Origin: Amoebophrya sp. A120
Lineage: Eukaryota > Protista > Dinoflagellata
Length of the DNA: 64,000 nt
NCBI GenBank assembly: GCA_905178155.1
Contig: CAJINV010000013.1
Span: 176,344 to 240,343 of the forward strand
Direction of reading: 5' to 3'
This document shows positions 1 to 11,173 of the stretch, one piece after another. The notes under the pieces are model-generated. The model was given only the letters and a program-made list of their open reading frames with translations. It ran no database searches and was not told where the DNA came from. The number at the start of each line of letters is the position of its first letter. The stretch's first letter is position 1. Made by a program: the position numbers and the translations under genes.

Positions 1-630
1 ATCGCGGACAAGCTTTGGCAACAAGAAGTATACTTCCGCACCCCAGCTGGTGTCACGAAGAGTTACGAGTGCATACTTTTCTGCGTCTGCAGATGATGAG
101 AAAAAGACGGACGATTCATCCTCCGTTTCCATGTACAGGAAAAAAGTCAGACAGAATGCTTGCGTTGTCCTCAGCCCGGTCAGAATCGTGTCGTGGTCTA
201 GATTCCGGCCACGTTGAGTGACGGCGTCAACATAGAACTCACACTGCACCAAAGGGTCGCTCTGCATCTCAGAGGGAATATCAGCCAGGTGCTGGGGGTA
301 TTCGACTAGGGGCAAAAGTCCACGTGCACGGCGCAACTTTGTCAGTGTGTCGTGCACGACTGACGGATTATGCACTAGCTCTGCTGGAATGTCCTTGTAG
401 CTTGCAAGCCCGAGTTGCAAGGCAGAACGAAGCAGGACATCATCGTAGCAGGCGTCTTCCTTACTAGCCATGGCGTGCTCCCAATAGGGGGTCGGGTGAA
501 AGTACAACTCGTTCCTTTTGACCATCCAGCCATCACACCGCACAGGCGTAAAAGGGTCGGCAAGCTTTGCAGCTTGTGATATGATTTGTTCCCGCAACAA
601 GCAGTTATGCAAAACAAAAATAAAGAAACC
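1..630 (-). CDS. Second exon of DUF4116-repeat gene copy 1, runs off the left window edge; paralog of 5649..6590
   Basis: Absent from the ORF track because no stop lies in the window. My translation LREQIISQAAK...LADIPSEMQSDPLVQCEFYVDAVTQRGRNLD...WGAEVYFLLPKLVRD aligns with IREQIISNAAK...LTDIPPAMQDDPLVQCEFYVEAVARRGRNLD...WGAEVYFLFPRAVRE in ORF 5649..6677. Confidence 0.85.
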
Positions 631-929
631 TATCTAACCCCACCATTCAAAATTGTGCTTGCTTGTTTTGCTTGCGGGCATAGCGAAGCGCTCGCGCTTC
701 TAACGTGGACGGTCGAAGCGTTCGCACCTCACAGGCTGCGAATCATGCCTGGAATAGCCTTTTTTTAGAAACGAATCGCACACAAAGACCAGCGATCTGC
801 ATTGCAAATGAAGACCAGCGCTTGACCTGTCATTTCTTTTAGCGCAGCACGGAGGCCAAGCATTCTCTTGATTCAATTTCGCGAAGCGATGTGACCAAGT
901 GCAAGTCGTAGAAGAAAAGAGGGGAAAAA

Positions 930-3616
930 TAGATACTGCCATGCATAATCGGGGTCTTTTTCGAGATATTTGTCGGCGTGCCAAAGGAATCCACCAGCGT
1001 TCAGCGCAACACGCACAAGGTCTTTGTCGCGCTTCATTGACGAGTCCACGAACTGAAGGGCTGTGCCGTCGATCGCTAGCAACGCTGCAACGTTCGACCG
1101 ATCGCGCTTGAAGTCCTCACTGGCGAACTCCAGTAGACCGGGATACGCCTTCAGAGCTCGGAGGGACAGGCTTCTCTCTCCTTTTTCCGACAGCAAAACG
1201 TCCTGCACTGCCAACTTGTCGGCATTCCAGAACACATTTGCGCAGGCTTCTTCCATTAATTCCACAACGAAAATCGGGTCCTCACGGAGATGTTGCGCAG
1301 CGAAGAGCAGGGCGTCGTGATTCTGCGCGACTGCCTCCTTGACAAGCCCTCGATCGCCTCTGATGCGGGAACTCGCGTGCTCGAGGCACAGCCCGTCCAA
1401 ACGAACGCAAGAGAGAACAATACAGTCGTCGTCGCAGACATCCTTATTGCAGAAGTCTCGAAGAACCAGGACACCGAGGTCCTCCGGAACCGAGCCAAAG
1501 GACTCTTCCTGCTGCTGCTCAAAATGTTGCGCGAGAAACTGGTTGGGCTCCGGCTCAAATTCGACATATATGTGCCCTAGCTCGTGGCAAAGCGCATTGC
1601 ATACGTGCTCCCCATCTCCACAGAAGTCGGGAACGTGAATATAGCGCTGCATTAGGCACGTGTGGCGACGCCTTGTTTGATTGTGCTTGTAGCAACTGCT
1701 AGAGCGGCTGGTGTCGTTAAAACGGAGTTGCGACAAGAGGCAACTCGAGCAAGAGCAAGGTCGCACCTGCGTCGCGATACCGCAAGGAGATTTCGTATGA
1801 ATCTGGTTGTTCCTCGTGTTGCGCACCGTATGGCCGCTCGCGCCGTCCAGAAGAAGAAGATCTTCGTGCTGTTCCAGAGAGCAGCCAACATGGGCAGTAT
1901 CGCAATCCGTGCTCATGCAGCGTTGGCGTTCGCACATCCCGCTTCCAAAGCGTTCATCTGGCAGACACTGTCCTGGAAGAAGATGCCAATCGGTCCGCAG
2001 CATTGGATTTGGGGCACGAAAAAGTGAACGCAACAGGTCGAGGTCGTTGCGCATCGCATCGCCAGTCACATATCTGAGTGCGTATGGATTTTGTTTTAGC
2101 GCAACTTGCACGATTGACTTGTCCAAAATGTCAGCTTCGCAATATTTCAGCGCCAGTCCGTTTGACTGTACCGCGACGGTTAGTAGCGCTTTTGTTTGGA
2201 GCGCGGGGTCGCAAAACTTCAACGCCGCAACGCCATCAACCGCCGCCGCGTCCGTGATAATTTTCAGGTCAGCTCGGTATTCTAGCGGGACGTAGCGTAG
2301 GCACCACGGTTTGTGTTGAACGGATAGTTGAACAAGTTCACGACTCTTCCGGAGGTCACCCCGCAGGTATTTGTATGCCCAGCCGTTTTGCTTTACTGCG
2401 CAAAGTGCTATGTCTGTGTGTTCAAGCTGAGACCGAATTGCGACACTGCCAAATCGCAACGAGCGCCAGTCCTTGGCAACGGCAATCTTCACGACTTCAG
2501 GGTCCTTGCGTAGATCGAATGTCGCGTATCGCAGTGCCAACCCATTGATTCCGCATGCCAACATGCTAAGGTCGCGACTTGCCCGAAAAAGCCGGCTGCT
2601 GCCACCCATCTCGATCACTTGCGGATTCCCCGTTTCCCAACGGACAGAACAACCGACAGCAAGTTTGACCAAAGCTTCGCGAAATTCAAAGTCACACTCC
2701 CCTGCGGATAAATTTCTTGTATCTTTTTCATCAGGCAGGTTCCCTCGCTCATTGCATAACGTGTTCCCCCATGTCTGCAACAGCATCCGCCAAAATATTG
2801 AGCGTCGGCATCAGATGCAAGATCATAGTCGTCCCACGTGTCGTCTTCGACATCGCCGTGTGCAGCCATGGCACCGGCAGGAACGTTCCACGAAAAAGAA
2901 GCGTCCGCATCCCTGTGCAAAAATTCGTCTTGCTCTTGCAGATTCGTGCTCTGTAGCTGCAGCACCTCCGTCGCATGTGTAAGTGCGTCTTGCGCCCGGG
3001 CATCAAATACAACTTGAAGTTCCGCAACCCCATTCACATCTCCTCGTACTGGAATAGGGAAGCGTCCATCCCAGACAATGCAGTTGCTCTCCGCGCGCGT
3101 CCCGTTCGCCATTGCGTTGTTGCTGGAAGAGCCGAAGCCCGAAGACGGACACCCGCATGCACTTTCCTCACATTCCGCTGCCGAGTCATCCGGCATTTGT
3201 TGGACTCTAGATCCGGCGATCTTTCCGTCAAGCTCGCCTGGCCCGTCTGCGACAAGAAGATGTAGACCTCTATCCTCGCTTGCTGGAGCTTGGATTTTTT
3301 CTGTCTTGGTGATTCCGCAACGCGAAGTGCATACTCTCTCGACGAGCGCCTTGCTAAACACGGCTCCTATGCCAAGTAAGCTCTCTATTTGACCGAGAGA
3401 AGTGAGGAGATGGGTTTTGATGTCCCTAAAAAGCAATTCAGCCTGCTGTGGCGCCAAGGATATCTGGCTCAATCTATTTCCACCAAGATCAAAAATTGTC
3501 AATACCTCGTGGGGTTGCGGTTTGTTTTCAACCAGACACACATCATGTGAACCGCTTGAAGTGTGTTGGTATGAGGACACAGGTGGCTCCACCGAATGAT
3601 TGACGAATTGGATCAT
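930..3616 (-). pseudogene. First exon of DUF4116-repeat gene copy 1, frameshifted at ~2700 (pseudogene or assembly error)
   Basis: ORFs 2615..3751 and 873..2786 together match the single ORF 6801..9602. Repeats such as NGLALRYATFDLRKDPEVVKIAV are DUF4116-like. 19 nt are missing relative to the paralog. Confidence 0.75.
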
Positions 3617-5648
3617 TCTATAAATATTCCGAGGAGCATAAAAACATACCAATTTTCTGTGTGGGAGGAGTGTACACAACGCAAAATAGAAATTATGTGG
3701 AAGTCGAGGAATGTAGTTGGGATAAACGAAATCTAAAAGTAGATAGTCCAACTTCTTCTAAGGCAATTAATATGAATGCGGGCGCAAAACGATTTCGAAG
3801 TGGAGATACGATACCGAGGTCGCTGAAACGCTTTCGGGATCGTCTTTTGATCACCATGTCTTTGCCTTGGATTTGAGTTCAACGTATCGGCGACCATTGT
3901 CCTAGCTATCGCAAAAAGATGAATACGTCTACGTGTCGAGCCGGTGTCAAAGATCATTATTTCTATCTGCTCGGTCTCTCTCGGCAAAATTTAGAGGACG
4001 GGGATCAAGTTTTTGCATTTTACGATATGCTGCAACTTCCTACACCAATCACATCTCTGAGATTAAGCCCCAGGCCACAAGGTGCAAGTGCAAACATGGA
4101 GCACAAACAAAACGATGCTTGCTCCGTTTCTATTTTTTGTATTTATGCTATTGGACTGATTTGTCGTCCGACTTAAAATGGAAACAAATTTATTCATCGT
4201 GCACCAGGTGCGAAGCTATAAACTTGATGGAGTCTGCATTTTCCACCGATCAAGAGCTTAGTCTCTGTCACTGTCGTGTAGGTAGAGATCTTGCAGACGC
4301 ACGTGCACTATGGAAGCTACAGACAATGATGATTAGTTCGAGCGGGGCAGAAACTACAGACAGTTGTCGTAGGACAGGACAGGAGTTGTCGTAAGCAGGA
4401 AAACAAAATGAATGTGTCGCAGTCAAGGTACGAGGTGATGTTTGGACTTGACCGACTGGAACAAGAATTGCTAAATCTCGATCCACAACTGCGATTCTTC
4501 AAGATATTCGGATCTACAACAACGCAAATCCATAGAGAGCTCAACAACGAAAACCATCTGAAGTAGATCATTTATCGTGGGACCACTTGCGATCAGAGAA
4601 AGCACGCTCGTGGTCGAAGTCAAGTCTTTTCATTTACAAGTTGTGCAACATGAAACAAGAAGCGCACTTCTAGCAAGCTACAGGATGACCACACGACTTC
4701 CTGCGAAAGAAATAACTTAGTGCCATTCATGCAGGGATGATGAAGCGGCTATTGTCAGTTGATATGAAAATATATAAGATGGCGTCTGAGAGCGTTATGA
4801 TCTTGAGTGAACAAATCAATCTCACCTAATTGACATGATCGGGATCATCGCAAGAATTGAAGGTCCTTGCCTCTGTTGCAACCACGTCAATGAAACGCAG
4901 CGCCACCGGTACTTCACAGATTCTCTAGATACAAAGCCACAGTCGCACCAAGTCACCGAAGAAAGCTGTAAGGAAGGCGCCTCATAATCATATTAGTGAT
5001 AGAACACCATCGTGTTCGTGAGTGTGTAGCCCTATGACGAACGTGGTGGAAAAATGGCAGGCACCGCTGTTCAGCCCGGTTAGACGAAGCCCCTGTAGTT
5101 AAAGCAAGAGTGAGACGATGCTGATGATGTTGGCAGTGTGCCCTTTGGCGGACTGCTGCGCACCACTCCCTCCTCCAGCCCGAGAGCAGCTGAGCGCCGA
5201 TCTTCTCCGCTAGAAAAATAAAGTCTATTTTGTGGTTATGTTGAAATCATCCACATTCACCTGCGTAGTTAGCTGGCTCCGCCTTGCTTCTTTATTGCGT
5301 TTTACACTATGATCATCATACAGGAGCGACGCTACGAGTCAGTGTCAGGTGTCGGTTTGAGTAGTGAAAAAAGAAAAACTATCTACGTCCGCCTATCATA
5401 CATACGTACCCTGCACGTGCACTTGCTGAAACGCCAACTGATTTTGCCGTTTGGCGAAATCGAAAGGAGCTGTGAGTGCAGACTGGTATTGCGCAAGAAA
5501 AGGTCTAGGTCTCAGGAAAACGCTATAATACGCATCCTATTTTCAATAACGAAATTTCATCTAGGATACGGAAATCGCCTTGCTGTGAACTACTTTTCTT
5601 CGCCTGCCAGTTTGTCTTGATTCCACATAGGTCTGAAAAAGACTGAGG

Positions 5649-6590
5649 TTAGGGAAATGGTGGCGCAGCCAATCTGTTTCTACGCGCATCCGCCGTGCTA
5701 AGAAGCGCACTTTTCTCAGGGCTCTTGTGGCACGAGGGCAGGCGTAATCTGAGATATTGCTCTGTTGGGCTGCGAAGCCCACCTGCGTTCCACGTGACTT
5801 CTGGAACGGCACTTTTACGGCTTCGCTCATACGTAGACCACGCTCCGTTTGATTTCGTACACCGGTTTCTTGCAAGCTCAGTGCAATGCATCAAAGCGAA
5901 CCCCACCAAGTTTCCGATTTCCAGCGGCTCGCCACACAGAGTGAAAAAAGCATCTTGAATTGTGGCGCACTCACGAACGGCACGGGGAAACAAAAAGTAA
6001 ACTTCTGCACCCCACGGAGCCTGCGAGAGTGTGAGAAGCGCGTACTCTTCAGCAGCTTCCTTCGACGAGTAGAACATGGAGTCTTCATCCTCGAGCTCCA
6101 TGTAGACAAAGAATGACTGACAAAATGCTTGCGTCGTGACCAGTCCAATCAGGATCGTTTCTCGGTCGAGGTTTCGACCCCGACGTGCCACCGCTTCAAC
6201 GTAAAACTCGCATTGGACCAAGGGATCGTCCTGCATCGCGGGCGGAATGTCGGTGAGTTGCTTTGCCACGGTATAGCCGTGTTGAAGACCCCTTGTGAGC
6301 CGTATTTGTTTGCATAGATTATGAACGATTCCCGGGAATAGATCGTGGGAAAGATCGAGGGGAATGTTTTCCAAGGCTGCGATGCCGAGGCGCACGGCAG
6401 CTTCCAACAGGATTGCGTCTCTGCAGATCTTGCTCGTGCTCCTGCTCATCAACCGTTCCCAGTAGGGCTGAAGGCGAGTCGTAAGCATCAACTTGCCGTC
6501 TCGCGGTACGTCATTGAATTTCGCTGCATTGGAAATTATTTGCTCCCGTATCAGTTTCTCATCCAAAAAAAAAACTCTGTCTTTGCATCC
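5649..6590 (-). CDS. Second (last) exon of DUF4116-repeat gene copy 2, unknown domain
   Basis: Same position and sequence as the copy-1 exon at <1..630. Intron ~6590-6830 inferred; exact junction unresolved. Confidence 0.75.
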   Translation of the reverse strand, partial: GCKDRVFFLDEKLIREQIISNAAKFNDVPRDGKLMLTTRLQPYWERLMSRSTSKICRDAILLEAAVRLGIAALENIPLDLSHDLFPGIVHNLCKQIRLTRGLQHGYTVAKQLTDIPPAMQDDPLVQCEFYVEAVARRGRNLDRETILIGLVTTQAFCQSFFVYMELEDEDSMFYSSKEAAEEYALLTLSQAPWGAEVYFLFPRAVRECATIQDAFFTLCGEPLEIGNLVGFALMHCTELARNRCTKSNGAWSTYERSRKSAVPEVTWNAGGLRSPTEQYLRLRLPSCHKSPEKSALLSTADARRNRLAAPPFP

Positions 6591-6800
6591 TGGTTGGAGA
6601 AAACAAGCACTATACCACCTCAACTGTGAGGAAAATAAGTACACAATTGCAGGTGCGCAGTTGCGTTGCAAATGCATATAGACACGTCTCTCAATAGCGT
6701 CGACAGGCTCCCTGGTTTTTACCTGAATTTTTCCTGTACCTGTTTACTTATTAGCCTCAGATGCAAAGCTTGATATAATGATGTAATGACCCAAGAAGAA

Positions 6801-9602
6801 TTAGAGTGCATGCAATGACAGGACAACATCAACAAAATTTTCGTAATGGTCATCGTCGTGGAATGCCTTGTCGGCATGAACCAAGAAGCCTCCTGCTCTC
6901 ATGGCCGTGTGGACGAAGTGCTTCGTGCGCCGAAAAGCAATGTCCACGAACTCCAGCGCTTCGCCGTCGATTGCCAAAACCGACTGGACAAGAAAGCTGA
7001 CTTGCTTGAACTCCGGCTTCGCAAATTCTAATAGACAAGGCCACGCGCAAAAAGCCCGCAAAGAGACCTCTGGCGCACCGTTTCCCCAGAGCAACAAGTC
7101 TTGTACGGATTCCTTATCGGCATTCCAAAAAATTTCAGCGCATCCGTGTTCCATGAGCTCCACAACGAATTCCGGATCCCGACGGAGTTCGTCTCCGGCA
7201 AAAAGAAACGAGTCGTGATTTTGAGCTGCCGCTTCTTTTACGAGACCGCGGTCGGATCGAAGTCGCGGACTTGCGTGCTCAAGCGAAAGGCCGTCAAGGC
7301 GGACACACCGACGGATGATTTCCGCGTGATCTCGAACAGCATGCTCTGCAGGGAGATTTTGCAGAATCAGAGTGGGGAAATCCTCTGGAACCGAGTCGAA
7401 GTCCTCCTCCTGCAGATTCTCGAAGTAGTGCAAGAGGGCGTCGCTGTATCCATTGAGGATGTCGGTAGTGGGGTAACGGTGGCTTTCCTGTCGGCACACC
7501 GCGTTGCAGATGTGCTCCCCGTCGCCGCAAAAGTCAGATACTTGGATGTAGCGCTGCAATAGGCAAGCATACCGACGGAATGTCTCATCATTGCGAGCGG
7601 CACCACATTTCGACCTGGCTGGAGTGCGCTCGAGTTTCATACGGCTTAGTTGACACGTGGAACATCTACATGGGTGCGTCCGCGGGCGCGGAAGAACAAG
7701 GCCACAGCTGCTTCCACGTCGACTGGCTGCAGAATGTGATCCCTGAAGACAATTGCGGAAACGGGCACAGCCTACCTCCGTACCGCGATCCACCGCGTTT
7801 TGGCAGTCGCCGGGGTGCTGGGGAGAGCTGAACAGTGTCGGTTTTGTGTGCCCTTGTTTTGCTTTTGATTCATCGTGTCGGCCCTGCACGTCTCCTAACT
7901 GAAGCACCGACTCAGGATGGTCTGTACAATGATGCCAGTTGGTCCGCAACATCGGACTCGGCCCGTCGAGAAGTTTCAGCAGCAGCTCCGCCTCGCTGCG
8001 TAGATTGATATCATTGACGAAGCGGAGCGCGTAAGGGTTTTGCTGTAACGCTAGCTCAACTACGAGTCCGCTGGATAGTTCTGGTGCGCAGTACTTCAGC
8101 GCAAGCCCGTTTGACACGACTGCGGCTTTCACCAGTTCTTCGGTTTGAAGATGACGTGCACAGAATTTGAGAGCCGGGACACCGTCTATCTCTGCAGCAG
8201 ATGTAATTAAGTCGATTGACGCGTGATGCTCCACCGGCACGTAGCGCAGGCACCACGGCTTGTGTCCGACTGCCAACTTGATGAGCGCATGGCAATGGCG
8301 AAGTTCGCCACGAAGGTACTTGTATGCCCATCCGTTTTGCCGTATGGCACAGAGCGCAATATCTTCGTAGGTCAGGGAGGACCTGATGTGCCCAGTAGCA
8401 AATCGCAAGGACCGCCAATCCGCTGCAACAGCAACTCGGACAAGGTCTGCGTCGTTCCGTAGTTGTGGCGTTGCGTATCGCAGTGCGAGGCCGTTGATTT
8501 CGCAGGCAAGCATGCAGAGATCCTTGCTCGAACGGAAAAGTGCTGCCGTGCTTCCCATCTGAATCAGCTGCGGATTTGTGTAAGGGTCCCAACGCACGGA
8601 TGCTTCTACCGCCTCTTTCACCAAAGCTTCACGGAATTCGAAGTCGCACGTCCCAAATGTGGTGTCGAAACCCGGCGGATACAAGTCCTGCAATATTTTA
8701 TGAAGGCACAAAGTCCCTCCCTCTATACTCGGATCTCCGAGGTTGCAGCAACATCCGCGAGGAAAATGCATCATGTCTATATCAGACGGCAGATCACGGT
8801 CATCCCACGGACCCTCCAGTACAGCTGAGTGGACAACAACTGTGAGATCAGTCACACTCGGACACGAGGACTCCAGTTCGGAATCGTGTAAAAACTGTTG
8901 CTGTCCATCTGCGGAATTCATCTGAAGGCATCCTCTGGCGAATGAAAAAGCCTTTTCCACTCGATTATCAAAGACTACCTGGATCTCACGAACACGCGCC
9001 CCGTCAGTGGTCCAGAGAGGGATAGGAAACCGTCCGTCCCGGACAATACACTTTTCCTCGTCCTCCGGCTCTGAGCGGGCCTCCGTTGCTGTGCATGCGG
9101 ATTTATCAACGGAAGCTGCAACATGACTGATTGTATGCGGTCCGGCATCTGCAACTTCGTCTGAAAAAGCGTCTTGTCTTTTTGGCGATGTGAGACCTGG
9201 CTCAACACGAGCTTCGCCCTCCGTCGTCGGCTGTTCGAGCGGAGAAGAGGATGATGCTACTGGAAAGACACTTTTGTTCGCGTTAACGACTGCTAGAAAA
9301 GTCTTCCGCTCCAAAACAACTCCTTGGCCCAACAGGAAGGAAGGGTCTTGGCCGCGGGCAGCCGCGAGGTGACGCTTCACAGTCCGAAAGAGAATGCAGT
9401 CTTGGTTTAAAGGCAGGTCAATGCGACATAAACTGTTCCCTCCCAGATCAGTTAGGGTCAGAGTGGACAACTGCGCCACTGGAACCTCTTGGCATCTGCG
9501 ATACTCTGTGCCATGCGAGCTCGGAGCGAGAAAGTGTGCCATTGTTATCATGTAAAGTTTATTCTCGTTGGAACTTTTGTCGCGTTTGGAGAACCACCTC
9601 AT
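6801..9602 (-). CDS. DUF4116-repeat protein copy 2, first exon: Ubl-like header, DUF4116-like repeats, Cys/His-rich insert
   Basis: 933-aa ORF with repeats NGLALRYATPQLRNDADLVRVAV, NGWAYKYLRGELR and DGLSLEHASPRLRSDRGLVKEA. Confidence 0.85.
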   Translation of the reverse strand: MRWFSKRDKSSNENKLYMITMAHFLAPSSHGTEYRRCQEVPVAQLSTLTLTDLGGNSLCRIDLPLNQDCILFRTVKRHLAAARGQDPSFLLGQGVVLERKTFLAVVNANKSVFPVASSSSPLEQPTTEGEARVEPGLTSPKRQDAFSDEVADAGPHTISHVAASVDKSACTATEARSEPEDEEKCIVRDGRFPIPLWTTDGARVREIQVVFDNRVEKAFSFARGCLQMNSADGQQQFLHDSELESSCPSVTDLTVVVHSAVLEGPWDDRDLPSDIDMMHFPRGCCCNLGDPSIEGGTLCLHKILQDLYPPGFDTTFGTCDFEFREALVKEAVEASVRWDPYTNPQLIQMGSTAALFRSSKDLCMLACEINGLALRYATPQLRNDADLVRVAVAADWRSLRFATGHIRSSLTYEDIALCAIRQNGWAYKYLRGELRHCHALIKLAVGHKPWCLRYVPVEHHASIDLITSAAEIDGVPALKFCARHLQTEELVKAAVVSNGLALKYCAPELSSGLVVELALQQNPYALRFVNDINLRSEAELLLKLLDGPSPMLRTNWHHCTDHPESVLQLGDVQGRHDESKAKQGHTKPTLFSSPQHPGDCQNAVDRGTEVGCARFRNCLQGSHSAASRRGSSCGLVLPRPRTHPCRCSTCQLSRMKLERTPARSKCGAARNDETFRRYACLLQRYIQVSDFCGDGEHICNAVCRQESHRYPTTDILNGYSDALLHYFENLQEEDFDSVPEDFPTLILQNLPAEHAVRDHAEIIRRCVRLDGLSLEHASPRLRSDRGLVKEAAAQNHDSFLFAGDELRRDPEFVVELMEHGCAEIFWNADKESVQDLLLWGNGAPEVSLRAFCAWPCLLEFAKPEFKQVSFLVQSVLAIDGEALEFVDIAFRRTKHFVHTAMRAGGFLVHADKAFHDDDHYENFVDVVLSLHAL

Positions 9603-10877
9603 GTACTCGTCAGCTTTGGTTTAATTATTTTGGCCTGGTTGGCCCTTTGTTTCAGTAATTTATTTCGATGTAGTCGAGTCAATGAAAAATACCGTCAAAG
9701 GAACGAACACTAAAATGATACAACTAAAGGAATCAATGTCAACATACGAAGCTAAGAGGGATTTTACTGACTGGCGCGGTGCTTGTACATCTGTGAATGG
9801 GTGAAACGCCCGATGGGTCGGATTTTCTAATATTTACCAATCTTATTGATCCACAATAGACCACATGGATATGATCTAGCATTCGATTTGATACCTCGCA
9901 TCTGCGAACGGGAAGGAGCATGCGTTGGAACAGGAATAAACAGCTGTGATGCCTGCATGGATTTTCAAGAAAATCAAGGAAAATCGATTTGCGAGGATCT
10001 TCTTGAGCTTCCACATTTCATCGACGTTTGGATGAATTTGAGTGTGTCCTTGGGATCTGGGTTCTCATGTGAAGCGGAACAACCCGAGGCAAATATTGGA
10101 ATCAATACTTTGCTCGGAAATCGAAATTCGAGTGTCGCTTGTTGGGGGCGCTCACTGGTATCCTTGATTCTGGGCTGTAGTTTTTTGAATTCTACAAGTA
10201 CCAAATGGTGTTTACAACAACAGACGATAAATGAATAGTACCGAAACGAATAATGTCACCCCGGTAGAAGAAAAATCATACATCACGCCGTCGCTTCGAA
10301 CCAGCCATCTATTGCGTTTATATTTATTTTCCACGACTTGTATTTTCCACGTAAATGAAACAATGCGATGAATATGAATGGCCAGAAATAGTGCTACAAT
10401 ATCAGCCTCCGATGATCACAATACATTCGCCTATTCATACTGTTGGTGTTGATGACAACAAAAATGAATAATCATGTGAAGAAGGAGGAATTGACAGTGT
10501 GTATCTTTTGCTTTTTGATAGTATTGCATATCTCAAAGAGCGAACGGGAGTATAGCCGATCGATTTTTCTGAAAATGAACTAAGTAATGACCTGTGAGCT
10601 TTATGTTGACTGCACTTTTTACATGTTGCAATACAACTTTCATGGCGTATTTAGTTTTAGTGCCTCTTATCATCTCCCCTGCTGCAGTTACATAGAGCTG
10701 CGAAAGTTCATGTGAATGGCTAAATCATACATAAAAAACGAGTAATTCGACGCGTGAGAAATAAAGTTCTCTGATATTTCTTTTTGGTTTACTTGCTGAA
10801 TCTGCTGCGCGTCTCCATCGCACGAAACCTTTATAGCGCCATCTTTCGCAATATAGGCTATGATAAGATCAAATTAG

Positions 10878-10970
10878 GAACCTCAAACCAGAACCCTTAA
10901 ACCCCATAAACCCTTGCTGCGTCGGCCGCGGTGCTGGGACGTGGGGACTACGCTGATAACAGGACAGACG
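10878..10970 (+). repeat. Degenerate telomere-like (AAACCCT) tract plus GC-rich tail; related copy at 37072-37162
   Basis: gaacccttaaaccccataaacccttgctgcgtcggccgcggtgctgg compared with tcaaccctggaacccttcagcggcggctgggtcgctgg. Confidence 0.5.
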
Positions 10971-11173
10971 TTACGCTATAGACGTTGTCACGAAAAGAAG
11001 TGGCTACTTCAACAGCACCATTATTCATATAAAAGGAACGGAAGATCAAGATGCCCGTGTGATCGCGCACACATTACCCCCTTGCTTTGCTGCAATGATT
11101 CAAGTTGGAGCGCAATGACAGACATCCCGCGAGAAGGCACTGTAATACAATGTCCGCGACGACTCGCTAGACC

